Source: the human T2T-CHM13v2.0 reference genome, Homo sapiens
Strand: one strand, 5' to 3'
Length of the DNA: 64,000 bases
Assembly: GCF_009914755.1 (NCBI RefSeq)
Contig: NC_060942.1
Below are positions 52,240 through 64,000 of the stretch, in pieces. A program made the position numbers and the translations under genes. The first letter of the stretch is position 1. Every line of letters begins with the position of its first letter. The notes beneath the pieces were generated by a model that was not told where the DNA came from, searched no databases, and worked only from the letters and a program-made list of their open reading frames with translations.

Positions 52240-53393
52240 ATAATAAAAAGAGTAATTCACTAGGAAGACAGAAGAGTCCCAAATTTGTATTCTAGCAAAG
52301 AAACTATAAAACCTATAAAGAAATTATTGAGAGTACTGCAAGGAGAAATTAAAGTTGAAAAACTCATGAATATTGGAGATTGCAGCATACCATTTTAAAT
52401 GCTGATACATCAAATATTTGAATATCATTTTGCACACAATTTACCTAATAAAAGTTGTGGAGCCCTACACCCACCAAACAAAGAATACAAATTATTGTCA
52501 AGTGCACTTGAAATTTACACACTTCAAAAAACTGAGCACATACTCTGTTAGAAGAAAATTTTCAATCTAAACATTATACAGATACCATTATTTGGCTACA
52601 AAACAATACAGTTAGAAGTTATTTACACATAGCGAACTACTCCCCCGTAATTCCCTACACTTTTGCAAACTAACAGACACATATCCTAACATAAAATTAA
52701 AATGGTTCCTTTATTGTTTTGTTTGTCCACTGAACATAAGACCAATCCCAGTTAAATTCAAAGTATTAGAGCTACATATTTCTGCAGATTTATGTTCAGC
52801 TGGTGGAATATTAGAATCTGGCCTAAAATTTGACCAACCTACACAGACTGTAAGTTGTCAAATATAGGATTTTAACAACTGTTCTATCGATGTAGGTAAT
52901 AACTTCCATTGTCTATTGCTTTGTCATATTTCAGAATGTTTGTTGAATAGCATCTGACAAATATTCAATCCCATTTTCAAACCAGTTGGTTAAAGGCAGT
53001 CTTGATCCTTCAGCACACAACCACATGTAACAAAGAGAATTTCTATACAGTTGATGAACTGAAAACCTTTAACTATTAAAACTATTCTTTATATAAAAAA
53101 CAGAGATTGAGGAACTATTATGGGGTAGAAGAAACCAAGGAGACATCACAACTTAACACAATGTGGAATAGCGGATTGGATCTTGGACAAGAAGAAAAGA
53201 TACTAGTGAAAAACTGGCAAAATTTGAATTGGGTACATAGATTCGTTTCAAATCAGTTATTACTGCTAATTGCTTCAGTTTCAATAAATGTACTGTGGTG
53301 GGGGAAGCTGTCCTCATTAGGAGCAGTTAGTTGAAAGGTATGTGGGAAACATGCATATTATTTTCTGCAACTTTTCTTTAAGTCTACGTCTGA

Positions 53394-53751
<358 letters not shown>

Positions 53752-56700
53752 TGAAAAGTTTTTTAAAAGTTAATCTTTATCATTCAAATTTTTATCTTCC
53801 CAGGTCCTCCTAAATAAAACATTGTTCTCTCTAATACTGAGGAAATTTCACCAAATTCAAAATGGGGAACGAGAGAACTGCTTACTGTATAATATGTCTA
53901 CCCTTATGTGTCCAAAGATATGAGCACTGAATTCAGCAACACAGAATTAATCAATTCTGAAAACAATGTATGATCTTTATTTAAAGATCTTTAAAGTGAA
54001 AAAGAAGTATTCTCTGGTTCTCTGGAAATTTTATTTACTCTTATATACCATAGACCAGTATAAACTAATTTGACTAGCATGGTTTTAGACATCATGCACA
54101 GAGCACCGAAGTATGAAACAGATAAAAGCAAAGGTGTAGGAATGAAAGAGAGGGTGTAGGGCTTGAGCCTCTTCCACTTAGCCTTCCCACATGGGATTTT
54201 CCACCCACATCCCAGACCTCCAAGGCATGGCTCCAGAACATGCTAGAAGGATTTAAAAGTTTCTACTACAAAATATGAGTATCTGATTTGAGAGATTTGA
54301 TTAACACTTTACTAACAGTAAGTATAATTTAACTCTAATAGTGACAGTAAATCTACTACTTGGATATCCTAGAAGCACCCATTCTAGTAAAGGGATCAAA
54401 TTATTCTCTCTTGCCTCACTAAAGCAGCAAGTTCTAAAGAGGACACTCTTGCCTGAGAAGTGCAGGAGGAAATCACATACACACTTCTCATTCAGCATTT
54501 TGTGTCTTCCAGGCATTAAATAATAATGCATGTGTGTGAGTGTGAGTGTGTGCATGTGTACATTCCGTTATATAAATTAAATATAGGAACTGCATGTTGT
54601 GGGGCTTTTTTATTAAAAAAGAGGAAGAGTCACACAGCTTGGAATAAATACTAAAGAAAAGGCAAGTTTCTGTAGAAATCAATCTCCTGCTTTTATATAC
54701 TCCCAAATTATACTCATAAAGAAGGAGCCTCCAGCAGCACTGTCAGTCATGATAAAGCTATCAGTCTGAGATTTATTATGAGTTTTCTTTTCATGTATTC
54801 AATGGAAAACATCCCACAGGTGTGTTTATATTACCAGAGATAGATGAAGATTAATTGTGTGCCCAGGCACCGAAATGCATTGACATATTTTCTAAGATTT
54901 AAGTCGTGTTAAGTCTAATGCTTAAAAAGAAAAATAAAGAAAGGTCCAGAATGTTCACATGGAGAAGGAATATAATATCCTCAAGGTCTAAAAGAAAGAG
55001 CAAACCAACTATCATTTACCTCTAGGAAATAGAAATTCAACTTTCACCTTGAGGCCTAAGGTCTCATTTCTGGTTTTCTGTAAGCTCAAAATGGAAGTCC
55101 TTTGAGGCTGAGAAAATACCCCGGAACTGCCTCACGTTAGCCTTCCCCCGTCCAATATATTATACTTACTTCCTAAAGTTTTACTTTAGTAACAGACTGA
55201 GACCCAACAAGGAAAGACGTCAGTTAGCATTTAAATACAAGTACTTCAACCAAAAAGAAAGTTAAGCTAAAATCCTTGATCTTCTATCTTACTGGATTAG
55301 TTTACTTTAGCCAAGATAAGGAGCGTGGTTTTACATATATTGTCTCTATATACTTGTCTGAAGATTATGCTTTTGGATGACAACATTATTTTATATTGCG
55401 TAAGAGTCATTTCTTCTGGTAGCTCTCAGAAAGCTTTGGAGGAAAGAAATGAGTTCATTCCTGTTTTAGTTATTTTGCGGAAGAGTTTAGCTGATGACAT
55501 TAGCAAGCAAGTAGAGATGCGGGCTGTGTGTTATGGGAAGGGTTTATGGGGCTCCAAGAGTTAACCCACTAAAGGTCAATAGTAAAAAGACATTTTTGAG
55601 GTTTTTTTGTGTGTGAACTATGAAATAAGTTGTTTAGCCTAAGGGCCCCCAAAATGGGATGTCTATTCCCCTGGGCTGCAAAAAACAATTTTTGGAAGAG
55701 AAGTAGATATCTCTTCCCATAGATAAGAAAAGACGTCAACCTCCCTGGTATTTGATGCCCGGAGTGACACCAGTGAGCTCCCATCAGATGGTCCCAAGAC
55801 ACAAGTAGCACAAGAGCCAGCCTAAGGGCACACTGGGACTTCTGCATGCAGAGGCTGCAAATCTTGTCAAAAGGAATCCACATGACATTATCTAGCATTT
55901 GCCAGCTAACCTTCACAAAGTGGACAAGTGGCTTGAAAGCTTCAAGAAAAAGAGCTTCAGGTTTGTACTAATACAAATAAGCAGGCATATTAAACAGGGA
56001 AGAAGCCTGCCTCCTTCTCCCATTAACAGCTGTTTCAGCCAATTAAAAGGGAGCCATTAATTTCCATAATAAAGGGCAAATAACAGAGAAGATAGACACG
56101 TTTCTCCCCTTACCTTATTCCTATCTGTTCAGGATGCTCATGGGAGTGAGTACAGGACAACTGGATCCACAGCAGTCATTTTGCAAACATGAGGTATGAA
56201 CATGAGGAGAAAAATAAGCATGCCGAGAATGGCAGAGAGAAAAAAAGAAACTACATCCTCGATGACATCACAGATCTTCTATTCCATCTTTAAGGCTTTT
56301 TTATTACATTCTTTTTTCAATACCATCATGACCTAAGCCATTTTTCATCAAGTTGCCTGCTATTTGCTGACAAATGCATGTTAGCTGATATAGTTTTAAA
56401 TTAACAAACTGATAGAATGTGCTGCTTTTTGGAAAAAGATGTTTGCAAATATTTTGAAAGAAAGAAATGATTGTGTTTCCTTTATGTGAACTTTGTAGTT
56501 AAAAACGATGTAAATAAATTATCTCTAACTAAATCTTCTAGCTGCATACTTCAGAAGCTTAGAATCCTCTGATTCGCTCAAAATTCCCCCTCCTCTCCCC
56601 AGAAAAATGTCTAGGGATTTTTTTTAAAAAGGAGAAGACACATTTTCCTTTTACTTTGCTGATACAACTGATTGACATAAATGAAGGTGGAGGTGTGGTA

Positions 56701-58509
56701 GCAAGTTCTACAAAATCTTGGCATAAAAGTTTGAAAAACATAGGATAGATCTGAAAAACAAATATTATAACTTAATTAAGCATAGTTCATGATGCATTTC
56801 TCCTATTTGGAGTTAAATATCTGTGTGCAGGTTTTTTTTAATTTAGTTATGATAGCCTTTCAAACCAAATAGTAAAGTAAACTGAACTTAAAAACAGACA
56901 TTTGAATTGCTGTACTTTAAACCTTAAGCCAAAATCTTCAAAATTAATGAAGCGTTGCTCTCACTACACTATTGTATTTTTAATAATTTTATACTCTTAA
57001 CATATATACTTTAACATTAAACTATTATTTTTAATTTATTTTTTAAATTTCCTTTATGTATATGTTTTATGATAGTACATGATTTATAATTGATATATGC
57101 AGAGAGAGCAAATTCTCAAAAATTCTTGCTAGAAGTGTTCACAGTCCAAATTTTGGAAATTATTGCGTTTTGTTTAATAATGAGATTCATAATTCCTGGA
57201 CTTGACTGCCTGAGGACATCCCCTTCCTCCCACCGATGGCCTAGAAAAGCCTGCATTTCTTAGAACCTCCATCTCTCCTAGCTTATCATCCCTGATATTT
57301 TCTTTCTCTAACTTATTTATTTAGCTACCATCTTATTAACATTGTTTTTTAAAAACTGTTCAACCTTTTCTCAAGGGAGAAATGAGATTATAATACAAAA
57401 GGTAGATAAGGCTTTTAGTTTGTGTTTGTATTAAGTTATTATTCTAATGTTTCTAATAAATCATAATAATGGAGACTAAAAATCAAAACATTCTTTCCAG
57501 ATGTCGAATCAAACAATCTCTTTCACTCATCTTCCAAAAAGAAGAAAATCAACAAGTGTTCTTCAGATATGTAAATACAGTTTACAATTAAAACTAGGTT
57601 TTAACATTCAAAAATGTTGCCTTATTTGTTCTTCGATCTGTGCTAATCCCTGAAGCAATGTCTGGTGTAGAGTAGACACTGAAGAAATATTCATAAACTA
57701 AGTCAAAAGCTTGCTACCTCCTACGGAGACATCCAGATCTTAGTCCTTCCTCTTTCAAGACTTGGGGTCTCATTTTGAGACATGCAGCCCCCTTGGGATG
57801 AAAGACGACCAGGACCCGGACAGCAGTGTGACCTGCCGGGAGAGGAAGGCAATGTGAGCTTCAAAACCTGTATCAATAAATAGCCCAGTTGAATGTCTGC
57901 TCCCTTGCAAGCATCCTGAACCAGAGTGAGCAGGGGAGGCTGCCCATACCTCATTAGGATGGCCCTTCCCAGAGTGCAGCCCGGGACCTCCTGGCAGTCA
58001 CGGGGATGCTGGCACAGGCGTTGAGGCCCACCCAGGTGGAGGCTCACATGCAGGTCCAGGGGTCCACTTCTTCCCACAAGACGGTTGCTTTTCTCACCTC
58101 CTAACACTGCAGATCTTGCAGATTTTCTATTTCTTCCCTCTCCTGTTTGCATCTCAGATTCATCACTTTAGGGACATGACAGAAACTTTAAGAATGCATT
58201 TTCCCCTTTCTCATTCACAATTTTTATAAGAAATAACTATTTTAAAAACAACGGTAGTATTTAGTCACAAGAGTATGTGCCAAACCCTCTGACTAGGCCA
58301 AGACAAATGCTATTTCACCTCTTGTTTAGCCAAAATCCCATGTATAAAAACTGAGAACCAGGTTTTGTAGGAGATAAAGATAAAACTATAATTTTCATTT
58401 TTCAAAAGCTGATAAGGGAAAGGCATTTAGCCGAGTAAAAGAATCCATCAAGTTCCCCAAAAGCCTCAAGAAGTGACATAGAAGCTGTTTTCTGAGAAAT
58501 GACTTGGAT

Positions 58510-59527
<1,018 letters not shown>

Positions 59528-60169
59528 GGATCAACATTCTTTCTGAAACAAATGGAAAATAAAAAATGGAGTCTTCAGTTTTACTGGCACAAGGCAAGGT
59601 ACTAGTATGAGACAACAGAGTCTGAGTTGACTCCACAAGTCAGAGGTCAGTCTCTGGCACACACATACCAGCTCCGAGAAGGTCATTATCCAACCAGTTC
59701 AATGATCACATCCAAAATGTGTGTGCCAGGAGGGAAGCAGCTGACGCCAAACAGTTAATAATAACTCACAGGACACAAGGAGCCCATGACCGTACCTCTC
59801 TTCTGCTTAAACTTACTTCTTGGTGGAAGCAAGCACTGTAAAGAGGCCTCATGAAAGTGACCAGAATTGGCCGTGGCAAAGACACCCATTTTTCAGTTAT
59901 CTCAGTCATTGAGGAGGAGGTGGGTTGCCCTCTTCCTCAAACTGACCTCTCTACCCGAAACCTTGTTTAATTTTCTAATTGTTTTAAAATTACTATAATT
60001 TTATAAAATGAGCTATGATTTCCTTATAAAAGCTCTAAGACAGGCTAAAATGGAAAGCTAACTTCAAATATTTACTGTTTTATCATTAAGCAGTTAAAAG
60101 TCTATTTTGATTTGCTCTTGTCTGCTGTATTTTAATCTGTTAATATTGAGTAGTTGAGTTCTGTGGTCT

Positions 60170-60375
60170 GCACCAAACATTAGAAATCAAACTCCAAGTT
60201 CAAGTGCAATTGGAATGCCTGGGCCCTTGGGCGGGCCACTTAACCTCTGGGTCTGTGAAAAGAGAGGATAAGGCTGACCTACCTCACAGGGCTCGTGGGG
60301 AGAGTATCTAATTAATAATCTTGAGCACTTTAAAAGTATAAGGTGCTATGCAAATGCTAAGTAGCATTATTATTA
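60170..60375 (+). mobile_element. MIR
   Basis: CCTTGGGCGGGCCACTTAACCTCTG...CCTACCTCACAGGGCT...AGGTGCTATGCAAATGCTAAG. Confidence 0.65.
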
Positions 60376-61516
60376 AAGCTTCACTTAAAATTAGGGCTAG
60401 CAAAGATAATTTTTGATTTAAGAACACAGTGAATACTCCAGAATAAATCTTTTATTTTAATATCATTTAAATCACAAAGGGAAATATGTAATAGAAATTT
60501 TGATGCTATTGTGAAATAGATACAATAGTAACTTGTCATTTTATTTAAGGGAGGAACAGCTGATATAAGCCCCTAGAAAGAAAGAAAATAATATGTTTTA
60601 AGGGCTTTTTCAAGTCCCTGGGGACAGCTCAATTCTAAACCATATAATTTCCTTTGGATTGGTCAAATTCTAGGTTAAAAAAATAACCTTTTACTACAGA
60701 CTTGCTATATGTTAACTGTTGCTCTCATTACCTCTTGAATACTCTAAAATTTTATATCCCATTTGCTGATAAATCATACTGTACTTCAAAAACATTTGGC
60801 AGAGCTTGTCCTCTTAAAACTTTTTTTTTAAAAAAACACTCAACACTTAAAGGATGCAAAAGTTTACATGTACCTAAAAAACATGAAGCTTACAAATTTT
60901 GTTGGAATATTTCCTGAAATAATGTTATTGGACCTTACATTAATGACTTTGGAGAACATCTAGTTTTCATCTTTGATTAGTATTTTCTAAAATATACAGA
61001 AATTGTGTTCACATGGAGTTTTACTGCGTCATATCTCTATGTGTTCAGAGTTTCAATCTCTAGATCTTAATCCAGGACTGACATGTCTTCAAGGACATAA
61101 ACTAATGTGATGCAAAACCAAGTTCAGAGCACACCTCAAACCATTCTTACTGTGTTGAATGCTAACGTTAAGAGTTAACTAAACAGAATGTATATGTGCC
61201 GCAATCAATTAAATAGGGAACTTTATAATTAGAAACATTAAAATTTAGGCACTGAACGTCAAAGTGCATTGCAGCTATTACAAACATTTAAAAACCATAG
61301 GAAAATAAGACAGCAATTTTTATTCATCTTGTGTGCACTGAGAAGTTCAGGAGAAAGGAAATTCATGTTTTGTAGAAATTATCCCACTTAATCTTCCCAG
61401 CACTAGTCTGATGAAGAGATTTTCGCCCAGTTTTATGAATGAGGAAGCCAAGTTTAGGCACTGCCTATAACAGACCATGCTGCCTCCCACACACTGTAGC
61501 TCCTTTTGTTTTTGTT

Positions 61517-61662
61517 ACGTGCCTGTAGTCTCAGCTACTTGGGAGGCTGAGGCAGGAGAATCACTTGAACCTGGGAGGCGGAGGTTGCAGTGCCGAGATC
61601 ACACCATTGCACTCCAACCTGGGTGACAAGAGTGAAACTCCATCTCAAAAAAAAAAAAAAAA
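61517..61662 (+). mobile_element. 5'-truncated AluS (right monomer)
   Basis: GCCTGTAGTCTCAGCTACTTGGGAGGCTGAGGCAGGAGAATC...GACAAGAGTGAAACTCCATCTC plus A tail. Confidence 0.9.
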
Positions 61663-64000
61663 GGGCATTATCTCCAAAGATCAATACTGTCTCAAATGTG
61701 AATCTCAGTCTATGATTTTAGCCTTTCAAACAAAAGTCATGGTTCAGCTTCTGGTGTATCCTTACATGATTGGTACTAGCTCCTTTTTGCTAACAGGAAA
61801 GAAAAAAATATTCTTTTATGACTTGTCACATTGCCTTCATAGACAAGCAAATAGTCTTAACTTCAATCACATTTACTACATTGGAAAACAGAACGTGCTT
61901 GATTTTGTCCTCTGGACATAACCTAAAGACAAACCAATAGTGAAAGTAAGCAACTGCGTGAAGTCCATTGCAATTCACAGCATCCTATCTGTCCAGTATA
62001 AAATAATAAACCATTCCTAGAAATATTAGAAGAAACACCATTATTTAATTACCATAAGGCCTTCTGGGACAGAAGTAAAACGTGATTTAGGCAGATGCAC
62101 ACGAGCGGGGGTGGGGGTGGATAGGGGCTGAAAAGGCATTGTACAGATGACACATGAAATGCCAGCAGAACAGAAAGCAAATTGTGGACCAGCCCACAGA
62201 ATGATAGAAGAAATGCTAAAATAAAATAAAATAATAAAAAAGGAGAATGCATTCTTTTTGATATTTTGTATTGTTGAGGCTGAAACAATAGCCAAATCAG
62301 AAAGGGGAAACAATACTTCAGAGATTAAATCAATGTTTTTCAAAGCCAAGAGGAAAAGAAGTCATGGAATAAATTTTTTAATTTTTATTTCTCATAAGAT
62401 AGTGTATTCCTTTTAGTGAATCAGATTAGCTAAACCACAGATTTGTTTGTGTAAGGGAGCGGGTCTAGAAGTGTTTTGGACTAGAAACTGACAAAAGGCA
62501 TGCAACCAAAATTTATACGGTTATGGGACTTTATTCTATGAGCCTCATGAATCTGAGACTCATATTCAATGAGAAATTGGTTAAGAAAAGCACTAAACAG
62601 GAAAATATGTAATATCTTTAGGAATTAAGAATCAAAAGTCACAAGAAATACCAACTTACAGAAACTCATTTGTTTTATCATCTAGATTTGTAATTACTCC
62701 TCAGATACGCAGGAGTTAGAGATGCAAACTCAATTGCAAAAGTATAGAGCATATTTGGGAACACTGGGAACATTGTCGGGGACAATTGCTGGGCATTGTG
62801 GCAGAGGGAGAGAGACCCTACCCCACCACGTCCTCTGCCCATAAGCAGCGTAGGCCGAAGGCAAGGGGACAGAAATTGTCATCCCATCCGACCACATGCC
62901 TGGAAGGAAGGGGCCAGGAGCACACGTGTGGTTCCCTCAAACAGCAGCGGGTCCCACAGCACAGAGATCGGTGGGGCAGCACAGTACTACCAGGCAGTGA
63001 GTTTATTTAACAACTTTTCAAATACTGAAGATGAATTCAGCAATGCGTCCATGCGCCCGGCAGATACTGTCAGTGTGTAGTGCTGCTCTCCAGAGAAAGA
63101 CTGTAGCTGTAATTTTAAAAATATTTTCACATGGTAACATATTCACAGATATTTTTTAGCGGGCTGGAAGATTCCCGGAAAGCAGAAAGTAGCAGAATAA
63201 TAAATAAGAAGGAGTGTGGTATCAGCTCCCATCGATTCATCAATGCAAATGGAAACGTCTCCCTCACCGTCAGTGGGGTAGGGGATGTCTCACGATGGCC
63301 AGGAAGGAAATATAAGGGTTTTCATGCATGTACGTTTCCTCCTAGATGCCAGTCCATTTTCTAAGTATCTAAAAGCTAAGCTGACATTGAATTCTAGTGA
63401 AAACATGCGCTGTAATCTATCAATACAACCAAGTATACAGGCCCGGCAGGGCAGGTAGCCCCCAGCGGCTGGGCCCCCGACCTCTCAGCTTGCGCTGTGC
63501 TTCCTGGCCCTCCTCTGTGTTTCACTGCATCTTGCCTCCGTGGGCTCTGAAGGATTTTCCTCTCACACCCTCCCTCTGTACGGTTCCCTCCTGCGCACCA
63601 GCAGAGCCCTCTCCAAATCCACCCGTGGATCATGGTGTCCTGCCACCGGGCCCCCACTAAGACGGAGCTCTCCCACTGAGTGGCATTTACTTCTATTTTC
63701 AATTAAGCAGTTGACTTTTTTTGTGTCTTAAATTCTAACAAAACATTTTACTCCTTACATATTATGGACCTTAATAAAATTAAAAACAAACTAACAACAA
63801 ACAGCCAGATCAGAGAAATAGAAGAGATAGGCCAGAAACAGAACCACATATTAGTGACTTTGGAGAACATTCGTGACTTTGGAGAATATAAAAATGTTAT
63901 TAAACTTTTATATTTCACAAAAATGACAATGCCAAGCAATGAGCAAAGGATGGACGATTTGATAAATGATTAGCAAGTTGAGAAAAAAGTACAGAAATAG

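Overview
Primate, almost certainly human, genomic DNA: Alu, L1, L2, MIR, LTR and DNA-transposon fossils throughout, and no protein-coding exon I can recognise. The one clear functional landmark is a CpG-island promoter at about 8990-10200. It carries two adjacent RFX X-boxes and a 9-bp-phased array of CACCTG E-boxes. Splice signals suggest it is bidirectional: a minus-strand gene with a 57-nt second exon at 8617-8561 runs off the left end (gene not identified), and a short spliced plus-strand non-coding RNA runs right (candidate exons 12709-12918 and 13237 to about 13355). The remaining ~50 kb looks intergenic. It holds solo LTRs with clean target-site duplications (MER41, HERV-W LTR17, MER50), a decayed mariner transposase fragment at about 20.7-21.2 kb, and a multi-level L1/LTR nest at about 40.6-52.7 kb containing an L1PA with an apparent 86-bp 3' transduction. 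Repeat family names come from recalled consensus sequences, not a database search. Most ORFs in the track are repeat-derived or chance.
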